Assembly (NCBI GenBank): GCA_964398485.1
Contig: CAYNMD010000003.1
Coordinates: 1,334 to 65,333 of the forward strand
From: an uncultured Bdellovibrionales bacterium
Lineage (GTDB): Bacteria; Patescibacteriota; Minisyncoccia; Moranbacterales; UBA1568
DNA: 64,000 nucleotides
Direction of reading: 5' to 3'
Shown here: positions 51,291-59,530 of the stretch, one piece after another
How positions within the stretch are numbered: the first letter of the stretch is position 1
Layout of the letters: the number at the start of each line of letters is the position of its first letter
Translations under genes and position numbers: made by a program
Notes under the pieces: generated by a model
The model's database searches: none
Seen by the model: only the letters and a program-made list of their open reading frames with translations
Told to the model about the DNA's origin: nothing

Positions 51291-51331
51291 TTAGCACTCT
51301 ACTTGACAGAGTGCTAATGCATTTTTATAAT
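51291..51331 (+). promoter_or_regulatory. CIRCE operator overlapping the sigma70 promoter of hrcA
   Basis: TTAGCACTC-N9-GAGTGCTAA at 51291-51317; TTGACA 51303-08, 17-bp spacer, TATAAT 51326-31. Confidence 0.97.
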
Positions 51332-51337
51332 AGGGAT

Positions 51338-52087
51338 ATGAATAGTCGTCAACGCGAAGTCCTCGCCGCTATCGTCGAACTCTATACCAAGACCGCCGAG
51401 CCCGTAGGTTCGGAGGCACTTTTGGAACGGCATCATTTCCCGGTGAGTTCTGCGACTCTCCGGAATGATATGCTCTCGCTCGAAGAAGCGGGGTACCTCT
51501 ATCAGCCACACACGAGTGCCGGCCGCATCCCGACCGATGAGGGGTACCGCTACTATGTCGAAGAAATGATGGGGGACAAACCGCTCAGTAAGCGTGACCA
51601 GCTCCATCTCCAAGAAGAATTCCTCAAACTCCAAGCCAAGCATACCCGGACCGTCCGCACCACGGCCAAACTTCTCTCGGCTCTCTCAGGTAATTTGGCT
51701 GTCTCGGGAGTCATTGGGAAAGATGAAGTCTATGATTTTGGGATGAAGTCACTTATCGAAAAACCAGAGTTTCAAGAAATGGATGAGCTGTGTCGCCTCG
51801 TCGAAACGATGGATACGCTCGATGAGCGCATCGACATGCTTCTCGAAAGTGTGGCTGATGGTGAGACCAAAATTTTTATCGGGAAAGAAAATCCGCTCGC
51901 GGGTGCCGAGAACTGTGCCATGGTGGTCTCGCCCTATCGTGATTCATCCGGCGAGCGCGGTATCCTCGCTATCATCGGTCCCAAACGTATGGAATACGCC
52001 AAGAACAAATCCCTCATTGAGCACATGAAAAAACTCCTCTCCTCATCGCTTATCGTTATCATCATTCCATGGAATCTCCTCAGCTAA
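51338..52087 (+). CDS. hrcA: Heat-inducible transcription repressor
   Basis: PVGS..L, S.AT.RN.M..LE..GYL.QPHTSAGRIPT..GYR.Y, IGP.RM.Y; upstream CIRCE. Confidence 0.95.
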   Translation: MNSRQREVLAAIVELYTKTAEPVGSEALLERHHFPVSSATLRNDMLSLEEAGYLYQPHTSAGRIPTDEGYRYYVEEMMGDKPLSKRDQLHLQEEFLKLQAKHTRTVRTTAKLLSALSGNLAVSGVIGKDEVYDFGMKSLIEKPEFQEMDELCRLVETMDTLDERIDMLLESVADGETKIFIGKENPLAGAENCAMVVSPYRDSSGERGILAIIGPKRMEYAKNKSLIEHMKKLLSSSLIVIIIPWNLLS

Positions 52088-52206
52088 CCGAGCAAACTTC
52101 TCCCGAGGAAGAAACAAAGGATTCTTTGGATGAAGCGATGCTCACCGAAGCCGAACGCGCCGCTCAGTTTGAACTCATTAAATCAGCCATCTCACGTAGT
52201 TCGTAA
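52069..52206 (+). CDS. 45-aa acidic peptide between hrcA and grpE (not in ORF track)
   Basis: MESPQLTEQTSPEEETKDSLDEAMLTEAERAAQFELIKSAISRSS* fills the gap with host-like codons. Confidence 0.35.
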   Translation: MESPQLTEQTSPEEETKDSLDEAMLTEAERAAQFELIKSAISRSS

Positions 52207-52221
52207 ATTTCAACAACTCAT

Positions 52222-52773
52222 ATGACACAGAAATCATCATCCACACCGCAGCCAATCGATGAAACGCTCGTATCTGAAGAGGTTACTCGAGAAGCAGGAG
52301 GAGAAATGCCTGACGCTGAAGTTGAGTCAAAAAGTGAGTGGCAGGAAAAAGCGGAAGAATATCTCACTGATCTCCAACGCCTCCAAGCTGACTTCGAGAA
52401 TTACAAGAAGCGCCAGCAGGCAGAAAGCAAAGAATTTTCCGCTCACCTTGCCAAAGCAATCGTCTCCGATCTTATCCCTGTGCTCTCTAATCTCCAAGCA
52501 GCGGCCGATCATGTGCCAGCTGACCTCCGTGAGAGTCCTTGGGTCATGGGTATCACCTATATCGAAAAACAATTCGAAGACGCTCTCAAAAATTACGGCG
52601 TCACCCCAATCGAAGTAAAGCCGGGCGACCCATTCAACCCCACCGAACACGAAGCGGTTGATCAGCAAACCAAAGACGGAGAAGAAAGTGAACACAAGAT
52701 AGAAAAGGTAGTCCAGAAAGGTTACAAAATGGGCGAACGAGTAATCAAAGCAGCGAGGGTGATAGTTTCCTAA
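52222..52773 (+). CDS. grpE: Nucleotide exchange factor GrpE
   Basis: [23 protein letters not shown]....VI..A.V.V. Confidence 0.95.
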   Translation: MTQKSSSTPQPIDETLVSEEVTREAGGEMPDAEVESKSEWQEKAEEYLTDLQRLQADFENYKKRQQAESKEFSAHLAKAIVSDLIPVLSNLQAAADHVPADLRESPWVMGITYIEKQFEDALKNYGVTPIEVKPGDPFNPTEHEAVDQQTKDGEESEHKIEKVVQKGYKMGERVIKAARVIVS

Positions 52774-52808
52774 CGTTAATAATCGTAAATCACAATAACT
52801 ACAAGTAT

Positions 52809-54743
52809 ATGGCAAAAATTCTTGGTATCGACCTCGGAACCACCAACTCGGCAATGTCAATTGTCGAAGGTGGGAGTCCATCGGTCATTGAAAACAAGGA
52901 GGGGAATCGCACCACTCCATCGATGGTAGCGATCAGTAAAACGGGGGAGCGTCTCGTGGGACTCCTTGCCAAGCGGCAAGCCGTCACCAATCCCGAGAAC
53001 ACTCTCTTCTCAGTCAAGCGCCTCATCGGTCGCCGTTTTGAGGACGACGAAGTGCAGCGTGACATGAAGACTCTTCCCTACAAAGTGATCAAGGCCGAGC
53101 ATGGCGTCAAAGTTGTGATGGGTGGCAAGGAATACAGTCCACAGGAAATCTCGGCTATGGTCCTCCAAAAGCTCAAGAGTGATGCCGAAGAAAAGCTTGG
53201 TGAGAAAATTACCGACGCCGTGATTACGGTCCCAGCGTATTTCGATGATGCCCAGCGCAAAGCTACCAAAGAAGCTGGGGAAATTGCTGGTCTCAATGTC
53301 CGTCGTATCATCAATGAACCAACTGCCGCCGCGCTCGCCTATGGCTTCAACAAGAAGAAAGACGAGAAGATCGCCGTCTATGACCTCGGTGGTGGTACGT
53401 TTGATATCTCTATCCTCGAAGTATCCGAAGATACCGTCGAAGTGAAATCAACCAATGGCGATACCCATCTTGGTGGTGATGACTTTGATCAGAAAATCAT
53501 TCACTGGATCTTGGATGAGTTCAAGAAACAAGAAGGACTCGACCTCTCAAAGGATCCACTCGCTCTCCAGCGTATCAAGGAGTCAGCTGAAAAGGCCAAG
53601 ATCGAGCTTTCGACTGCCATGGAGACCGAAATCAATCAGCCATTTATTACGAGTGGTGCCGATGGTCCCAAGCACCTCGTCATGAAACTCACCCGCGCCA
53701 AACTCGAAGAGCTCGTCCATGAGCTCGTGCAGGGGACGCTCGAACCAGTGAAGAAAGCCCTCGCCGATGCCAAGCTCAGCGCCAGTGACATCAATGAAGT
53801 AGTCATGGTGGGTGGTATGACCCGAATGCCCTTGGTTCTCGCGACCGTGGAGAAATTCTTTGGGAAGAAACCCAATATCTCGGTGAATCCGGATGAAGTC
53901 GTCGCTGTCGGTGCCGCTATCCAGGGAGGAGTCTTGGAGGGATCGGTCAAAGACGTGCTCCTTCTCGATGTGACTCCACTGACCTTTGGGATCGAGACTC
54001 TTGGTGGCGTACGGACACCCCTCATCGAGCGCAACACCACTATTCCTGCGAGCCGCTCTCAGGTTTTCTCGACGGCTGCCGACAATCAGCCGCAGGTCGA
54101 GATCCACGTGCTCCAGGGTGAGCGTGAAATGGCTGCCGATAACAAGTCTCTCGGCCGTTTTGTCCTCGATGGTATCCCACCAGCGCCTCGTGGCATCCCA
54201 CAGATCGAAGTCTCCTTTGATATCGATGCTAGTGGCATCCTCTCGGTCACGGCCAAAGACAAAGCTAGTGGCAAAACCCAGTCGATCCGTATCGAAAGCT
54301 CGACCGGTCTCTCCAAAGAAGAAGTGGAACGCATGAAAAAAGATGCCGAGCTCCACGCCGAGGAAGATAAGCGCAAGAAAGAGTTGATCGAGGCTCGCAA
54401 TATGGCCGATACGCTTGCCTACAGTACCGAAAAGGCTATGCGTGATGCCGGAGACAAAATTACGGCCGATGAGAAGAAACCAGTCGAAGAAGCCATCACC
54501 GCGCTCAACGCTGTGAAGAATGGTGATGACCTGGAGGCTATCAAGAAAGCGACTGAAAATCTCTCACAGGCCGCTCAGAAAATTGGTGAGAAACTCTACA
54601 GGGCTGCCCAAGAAGCCCAGGCTGCTCAGACAGGAGCTACTGGTGCTGATACTCCCAAGGCAGATGAGGAAAATGCTCCAAAGGACGCGGAAGTGGAGGA
54701 GAAGCCAAAGGATGAGGGTGCCAGTGAACAACCGAAACAGTAA
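52809..54743 (+). CDS. dnaK: Chaperone DnaK
   Basis: [37 protein letters not shown]. Confidence 0.98.
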   Translation: MAKILGIDLGTTNSAMSIVEGGSPSVIENKEGNRTTPSMVAISKTGERLVGLLAKRQAVTNPENTLFSVKRLIGRRFEDDEVQRDMKTLPYKVIKAEHGVKVVMGGKEYSPQEISAMVLQKLKSDAEEKLGEKITDAVITVPAYFDDAQRKATKEAGEIAGLNVRRIINEPTAAALAYGFNKKKDEKIAVYDLGGGTFDISILEVSEDTVEVKSTNGDTHLGGDDFDQKIIHWILDEFKKQEGLDLSKDPLALQRIKESAEKAKIELSTAMETEINQPFITSGADGPKHLVMKLTRAKLEELVHELVQGTLEPVKKALADAKLSASDINEVVMVGGMTRMPLVLATVEKFFGKKPNISVNPDEVVAVGAAIQGGVLEGSVKDVLLLDVTPLTFGIETLGGVRTPLIERNTTIPASRSQVFSTAADNQPQVEIHVLQGEREMAADNKSLGRFVLDGIPPAPRGIPQIEVSFDIDASGILSVTAKDKASGKTQSIRIESSTGLSKEEVERMKKDAELHAEEDKRKKELIEARNMADTLAYSTEKAMRDAGDKITADEKKPVEEAITALNAVKNGDDLEAIKKATENLSQAAQKIGEKLYRAAQEAQAAQTGATGADTPKADEENAPKDAEVEEKPKDEGASEQPKQ

Positions 54744-54748
54744 TGACC

Positions 54749-54775
54749 AAGCGGGGCCTGAGTGCCCCGCTTTGA
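54749..54775 (+). terminator. Terminator after dnaK
   Basis: aagcggggc ctgagt gccccgcttt. Confidence 0.7.
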
Positions 54776-54792
54776 TTAGAATAAAAATAAAT

Positions 54793-55392
54793 ATGTCGCA
54801 AGTTGATCCGTATTATTGGTTTGTCCAGGGGCGTCAATATTTGATCGCTGCTGAGACATTATTAGATCGAATAATAAAAAATGGAAATCAATTATCTTAT
54901 GTTGGCAAACCATTGAAAGATAAGGCCATTGAGAAAAGACTAGATAGTAATGATGCTTATTTATTTTTTCCATTGATGCTGTTGTTCTACCACGGTATTG
55001 AGCTATTCTTAAAAGCACTGTACATAATCGAAAATGGTAAAAGATACAAAAATGATCACGAAATTACCTCAATTTTAAATGCAGTAGACAAGAATACGGA
55101 TTTCAAGGTAATTGTTGATGAGGTTAAAAAATATACTTATTTCCTAGACAAAAATTTCCCAGAGTTTCATCAATGGTTAACTCTCAATAAATTTACGATC
55201 GATTCCTTCTACTTGTTTCTAAGGTATCCATCTACCACGATAGGTAAACGTCCGGGAATTGAAATTTTTCAAATCGAAGTACTGGGTCTAGAAACTAAAA
55301 CATTACCCCATTATCGTAAATTAAGAGCCGCAATTAGAAGCATTATCAAAGGTGGAGTAATAGTACTTCGTAAACATAAAGGTGTTAAATAA
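54793..55392 (+). CDS. HEPN-domain-like protein
   Basis: YL.AA..L, F.H.IELFLKA, H.I..I, LRYP pattern; AT-rich; start moved to ATG 54793. Confidence 0.6.
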   Translation: MSQVDPYYWFVQGRQYLIAAETLLDRIIKNGNQLSYVGKPLKDKAIEKRLDSNDAYLFFPLMLLFYHGIELFLKALYIIENGKRYKNDHEITSILNAVDKNTDFKVIVDEVKKYTYFLDKNFPEFHQWLTLNKFTIDSFYLFLRYPSTTIGKRPGIEIFQIEVLGLETKTLPHYRKLRAAIRSIIKGGVIVLRKHKGVK

Positions 55393-55402
55393 ACATGGTT
55401 TT

Positions 55403-55468
55403 ATGTCTCAACAAATCTTCATCATCTACATCACCCACTTTAGTCTGGCTGAAGCCAAGCGGGGGTAA
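55403..55468 (+). pseudogene. Possible 5' remnant of cutA
   Basis: MSQQIFIIYITHFSLAEAKRG* resembles the CutA N-terminus; its stop codon runs into the first cassette repeat. Confidence 0.3.
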
Positions 55469-55532
55469 AAAATTCAAACGGCGACACCTAGGTGGGGTCG
55501 CCGCTTTGTTTGCTGGCTGTTGCCAGATTGGA
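55467..55532 (-). repeat. Cassette terminator repeat, copy 1
   Basis: aaaaaattcaaacggcgacacctaggtggggtcgccgctttgttt..tggctgttgcca. Confidence 0.85.
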
Positions 55533-56177
55533 TCAGGCGCGGCGATAGCGTCGCGTCTGGATGGGCGCTTCCGAGAAGTTGCGCTCGAAGAAGTTGGTGA
55601 GCCAGGTGGCGATCATGAAGCCGCCGATGAAGGAGAAGGCGACTGCCGCCAAGAGGAGGAACAGGATGAAGATTCGTCCATCACGACTCTCGGAGAGCGT
55701 TTCACTCACGAACTCACCCACTTCGCTGGCGGCTTTGCCGGTGTGTTGGATGGCACCCCAGGTGTTGTGGAGCTGTGCTCCCACGTTGTACACCGCCGAA
55801 CCGACCGAAGCGAAGTCGCGCCGCTCGAACGCAGCCTTGACCGAGTGAATGGTGATGGCCAATCCTGTTCCGAGCAGGGGAATGATGATTGCCACGTACC
55901 AGAGATCGAAGATAGCCTTCATGAACTGCTTGGCTTCTTCGGGTGTCAGTTTCGGCTCTTCACCAGTCGTGAGCCAGGCAGTGGCCAGAAACGCGAACAG
56001 GATGAGGAGCGGCATCGAAAAGCCGATACCAGCCTGGAACTTGGCGCTCCAGAGAACGAAACGGAGGAAGGCACCACCCTGAGCTCGCACCACTTGGCGC
56101 GACACGCCCACCACATAGCAGTTCCAGGTCGCGATCGCGATGTTGAGAGCGAGCAGGAAGAAAACCAATGCGCTCAT
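55533..56177 (-). CDS. Multi-TM ORFan, cassette 1
   Basis: About 4 TMs; AAGGTG SD; GC-rich; own promoter and terminator. Confidence 0.7.
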   Translation of the reverse strand: MSALVFFLLALNIAIATWNCYVVGVSRQVVRAQGGAFLRFVLWSAKFQAGIGFSMPLLILFAFLATAWLTTGEEPKLTPEEAKQFMKAIFDLWYVAIIIPLLGTGLAITIHSVKAAFERRDFASVGSAVYNVGAQLHNTWGAIQHTGKAASEVGEFVSETLSESRDGRIFILFLLLAAVAFSFIGGFMIATWLTNFFERNFSEAPIQTRRYRRA

Positions 56178-56249
56178 AGATCGGTCACCTTTGCAAAGGA
56201 CTCGATACGGATGCAGCCGATCCTGGTTGGAGAAAATCTACCAACGAGA

Positions 56250-56279
56250 TATTAAAGCATTTTATCGGATAAAAATCAA
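56250..56279 (-). promoter_or_regulatory. Repeated cassette promoter, copy 1
   Basis: TTGATT-17-TTTAAT with TTTTATC-N-GATAAAA palindrome; 30 bp identical to 57553-57582. Confidence 0.8.
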
Positions 56280-56322
56280 GGGTGTATAATAAGCAGTATA
56301 ATGAGTAAAGAAAATTCGTTGT

Positions 56323-56619
56323 ATGACTCAACCACAAACAAATCAAATTCAAATCAAGGCGAGTGATGACAAGGTAAAGGGGGAGTATGCCAACATGATG
56401 CAGGTGATGCACACCCAAGAAGAATTTGTCGTTGATTTCCTCAATGTGTTTCCGCCAGCAGGGACTCTCAACGCTCGTGTTATCGTCAGTCCTGGCCATA
56501 TGAAGCGCATCGTGGCAGCACTCGCGGACAATCTCGCTAAGTATGAAAAGCAATTCGGAGCGGTGAAGCCCAGTGATGCTCCTACTCAGAACCCCATCGG
56601 TTTTACAGATAGGGGGTAG
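56323..56619 (+). CDS. DUF3467 family protein
   Basis: G.YAN...V.HT.EEF..DF, ARVI.SP.H.KR....L..N..KYE..FG. Confidence 0.8.
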   Translation: MTQPQTNQIQIKASDDKVKGEYANMMQVMHTQEEFVVDFLNVFPPAGTLNARVIVSPGHMKRIVAALADNLAKYEKQFGAVKPSDAPTQNPIGFTDRG

Positions 56620-56662
56620 TATCTATGTTGACAGAAATTTAATTTAATGATATTTTTTTGGT

Positions 56663-56822
56663 GCCCTCGGCTCATCAAGAGCTTAGCGTCATGAAAGGTG
56701 GGGGATGGTTGGTTGCATACGCTAGTGACCCAAAACCGCAATAGAGAGTTGGACGTCTCTATTGGCTATCGTCTAACGGAATAGCTCGGTCTCCATGTGG
56801 GACGCGGGCTTTTCATTTTTTT
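56663..56822 (+). ncRNA. Orphan structured RNA candidate
   Basis: TTGACA-17-TATTTT promoter (56628-56656); five hairpins closed by GCCC/GGGC; T-run end. Confidence 0.55.
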
Positions 56823-56829
56823 GGTCTAT

Positions 56830-56871
56830 AAATTCAAACGGCGACCTTGTGGTGGGGTCGCCGCTTTGTTT
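56830..56871 (-). repeat. Cassette terminator repeat, copy 2
   Basis: aaattcaaacggcgaccttgtggtggggtcgccgctttgttt. Confidence 0.85.
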
Positions 56872-56889
56872 CCGGTGTTCCGGATGGGG

Positions 56890-57486
56890 TCAATCAAAGG
56901 TGCTGTCGGGTCCTGTAGCGGCAGTCTCGATGGCACCTCCGCCGGAGTCTCCGCTGCGGGCAACGGGTTCGGCCAGAGTATCAGCCGACGCTGCGCTCTG
57001 CTGCGGTCGTGCGTAGCAGGCGGCTCCAGAGTCTTGTGGTTTGATGGGCTCGCCCGTAGCGTCAACAGCATCAGCTTTCGGGTCGCAGGGACGACCATCT
57101 GTCTCCAAACTCTCGGGACGAATCGCGTCACGGATGACCTCGACGACCACTGCGCCAGCCTGGACCACATCGGCGATGTCATCGAGATCAATGTCGACCT
57201 CATCACCGTTAGGCTGGACGGAGGGAGCGGCACGCCGTTCCGATTGTGGGTGGAGTTGGCGAGTCGACGTTGGTCTGGAGGTCGCTTGGGCAGACGGTCG
57301 CCCAAATGGGTACTGGATCTCTTCGGCAGTCAGTTCCCTGATACCAGTTGACCGAGCACGCCGAGCGAGCCGCTGCCGCTCTTCCTCTGCTTCCTGCTTG
57401 CTCTTGCGGCGCGACCAGAGCAGGCCAACGATGGCGAACAGCAGAATGACACAGCCTAAAGCCCACAACAGGGTTTCGATGGACAT
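56890..57486 (-). CDS. Single-TM ORFan with acidic low-complexity tail, cassette 2
   Basis: N-terminal TM; AGGAG SD; own promoter and terminator. Confidence 0.68.
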   Translation of the reverse strand: MSIETLLWALGCVILLFAIVGLLWSRRKSKQEAEEERQRLARRARSTGIRELTAEEIQYPFGRPSAQATSRPTSTRQLHPQSERRAAPSVQPNGDEVDIDLDDIADVVQAGAVVVEVIRDAIRPESLETDGRPCDPKADAVDATGEPIKPQDSGAACYARPQQSAASADTLAEPVARSGDSGGGAIETAATGPDSTFD

Positions 57487-57552
57487 GGGTTCTCCTGAAA
57501 GGTGCTGTTTCTCAGCTTTTTGAGCTGGCTGGTGAGCAATTCACCAACAGAG

Positions 57553-57582
57553 TATTAAAGCATTTTATCGGATAAAAATCAA
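57553..57582 (-). promoter_or_regulatory. Repeated cassette promoter, copy 2
   Basis: Identical to 56250-56279. Confidence 0.8.
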
Positions 57583-57620
57583 TGGCTACTGTATAACTTA
57601 AAAAATCTAAAATTAAGTAT

Positions 57621-57686
57621 AAAAAAATTCAAACGGCGACACCTGGGTAGGGTCGCCGTCGTAGTTGTGGCTGCTGCCAAATTTGA
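57621..57686 (-). repeat. Cassette terminator repeat, copy 3
   Basis: aaaaaaattcaaacggcgacacctgggtagggtcgccg..tggctgctgcca. Confidence 0.85.
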
Positions 57687-57714
57687 AGCCCTGACGCAAT
57701 GGTAGCGTGACCAT

Positions 57715-57954
57715 CTACCATGGATCATCCTTGGATGGACAAACAATTTGAGTAGAGGCGAAGTCGCCAACGTCCTGGCCTATCCATTCGGGTGGACAGG
57801 GTGTCCATTGGCCATCGTCAGCATCGAAGACATCACCCCGCTTGACCGTCTCTGGTGATCGGCGAAGTTTCCCGTAACACCAGTTGTGATCATTTCTAGA
57901 GTGAGTGTGAAACTCATCACTTGTTTGGGAATTTCCCCTAAAAGGAAATGACAT
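57715..57954 (-). CDS. 79-aa ORFan, cassette 3, divergent from the RT unit
   Basis: GGGAG SD; TTGACA-17-TAAATA promoter (58037-58009); followed by repeat copy 3. Confidence 0.6.
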   Translation of the reverse strand: MSFPFRGNSQTSDEFHTHSRNDHNWCYGKLRRSPETVKRGDVFDADDGQWTPCPPEWIGQDVGDFASTQIVCPSKDDPW

Positions 57955-58048
57955 GCTGATCTCCCGTGATCAGATCTTCAACAAGGGACCCCTTGCTGAT
58001 TGCTGGTATATTTACAGGCTTTGAGCGTAAATGTCAACGAAACTTCCC

Positions 58049-58076
58049 TTTACAAGCGCTCTTTTTGTGCTAGGCT
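58049..58076 (+). promoter_or_regulatory. Putative promoter of the ncRNA-RT unit
   Basis: TTTACA-16-TAGGCT with extended TG. Confidence 0.5.
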
Positions 58077-58092
58077 AGAGCCGGATCAAGGC

Positions 58093-58397
58093 GCCAAGGG
58101 GGCGTAGTACACTGCTCAGTCCGATCCGTTTTTTCGTTCGTTTCGTGTTTTTCTTTACGTGTACTTGAGCAAAGACCCGTCATCTCATGTGGCGGGGAGC
58201 GGGGCAGTAGCGCCCTGCATTCGTGTTTCCTTGTGGCGATCCCCGGCGGATCTGGCATCGACGCCTGTCGAGCCTGCCCTCCGACGGGGCGACGGGGACC
58301 CGGCTGTCCAATGAAAGCCACCCCCACGCAGCCCGGGTTCCGTGCGACCTGTTGCAGCTTTTGGCTGCGAGCCTGACCGACGGTGAGCCCCCTTGGC
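58093..58397 (+). ncRNA. Retron-like (msr-msd-type) RT template RNA
   Basis: Perfect IR GCCAAGGGGGC (58093-103) / GCCCCCTTGGC (58387-97), then G-TAG; at least six internal hairpins; directly upstream of the RT. Confidence 0.75.
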
Positions 58398-58447
58398 CAA
58401 CGTACGGAAATTTGGTTCTTTTCAACTCATTCTCTCGGGAGTATGCC

Positions 58448-59530
58448 ATGCTTGACATGATACTGCACCCGAGAACAATCGCGGTGCTCTGTGGTGGCTG
58501 GCCCACTATCGAATTTCACGAGAAGCTTGTCCGTGGGAAAAAACGGCTAATCGGCTCACCCAATCGAGCGATGAAAAGGCTCCACGAGCTCTTTGGCCAA
58601 TACCTCAAGCAAGCTATCAGCGCGACCAGAAGCGATGGCTATGGGGTGCGCAAGCTTCCTTCATCATTTGGTTGTGTACCGGGTTCGAACCCGATGAAAA
58701 ATGCCAACGAGCATGCCAAAGGTCAGTGGTGCTTCTATATCACTGACCTTTTTGACGCTTATGGCCACGTTTCGCTAGAGCGACTGGCACGTTTAGTGAC
58801 CTTCATCCTTCGTTATGAGGACTACGCTGATGAGGTTTCGCTTGGCTGGTTTGGTCTCGATGATCGCACAGAGTATCTGACACGTGACTCCGCGTATGCG
58901 CCTACGCTAAGTTTTCTGCGGGCTCACTTTGCTGGGCAATACGGAAGAGGATTGGCTATTGGGGGACCGCTATCGCCGTACCTCATGAACCTCTACTGCG
59001 AAGTGTTTGTTGACATGCCGCTCCGCAAACTCTGCGAACGACGTGAAATTACCTACACTCGCTATGTTGATGACCTGGTTTTTTCGGCCAATCAGTTCAT
59101 TGGAAGAGAGACAAGAAGGAGAATTCGGGCCATCATTGAGCGTGGCGGCTTTAGCGTCAATCACAAGAAGTCGTGGGTGAGACTCCACTCAATGGGTCAG
59201 GCGAGCGTGACCAAGTGGGGTATCGAACGCCAAGCTAACGATGGGCGGGTACTACGTATCACCTACCCTCAGCGCAAGCGGCGACTCCTCCACGGCATCA
59301 TCCACAGTTATCTCACCCAACAAATGGACTGGCCGGAAAAGGTAAGTGGCTGCGTAGCAGAGTTCCTCTACTACTACAAACAAGCGGAGCGGAGCGGGAT
59401 GCTCACTGCTACCGACCACAAGACAATGGAGCTGTGCCTACAGTTCAAGACTGAGTGGGACAAGTACGGTGGGCCCAAGTACCAATTGGGTCGACGCTAT
59501 CAGGCAAAACTTCGTGCGAGAAAGCGCTGA
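58448..59530 (+). CDS. Retron-like reverse transcriptase (360 aa)
   Basis: R.I.SP..MK..H, NANEH (NAxxH), DLFDAY, GLAIGGPLSP.L.N, YTRYVDD, GF.VN.KK, VTK; GGGAG SD before ATG 58448. Confidence 0.9.
   Translation: MLDMILHPRTIAVLCGGWPTIEFHEKLVRGKKRLIGSPNRAMKRLHELFGQYLKQAISATRSDGYGVRKLPSSFGCVPGSNPMKNANEHAKGQWCFYITDLFDAYGHVSLERLARLVTFILRYEDYADEVSLGWFGLDDRTEYLTRDSAYAPTLSFLRAHFAGQYGRGLAIGGPLSPYLMNLYCEVFVDMPLRKLCERREITYTRYVDDLVFSANQFIGRETRRRIRAIIERGGFSVNHKKSWVRLHSMGQASVTKWGIERQANDGRVLRITYPQRKRRLLHGIIHSYLTQQMDWPEKVSGCVAEFLYYYKQAERSGMLTATDHKTMELCLQFKTEWDKYGGPKYQLGRRYQAKLRARKR

Noticed and set aside
52327-54400. Minus-strand ORFs opposite grpE/dnaK
   Set aside because: Typical antisense frames of highly codon-biased genes.
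54520-54792. 5' extension of the HEPN-like ORF
   Set aside because: Overlaps dnaK and its terminator.
55395-56255. 286-aa plus-strand ORF
   Set aside because: Antisense shadow of cassette 1, which has promoter, SD, TM pattern and terminator.
56691-56744. 17-aa ORF MKGGGWLVAYASDPKPQ inside the orphan RNA
   Set aside because: No SD, and it lies within paired stems.
55467-57686. Repeats as integron attC sites or a CRISPR array
   Set aside because: No RYYYAAC/GTTRRRY ends, integrase or cas genes; spacing is gene-sized; hairpin plus T-run fits terminators.
58223-58447. 75-aa N-terminal extension of the RT in the ORF track
   Set aside because: It runs through the structured RNA; the SD and RT homology begin at ATG 58448.
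58070-58506. Minus-strand ORFs over the RT RNA as a hidden effector
   Set aside because: No SD or promoter support and no recognisable motifs; probably GC-rich shadow frames.
58093-59530. Canonical DGR
   Set aside because: No TR/VR pair with A-specific mismatches or avd gene seen in the window; the RT has SP not SQ and carries NAxxH. A remote target cannot be excluded.
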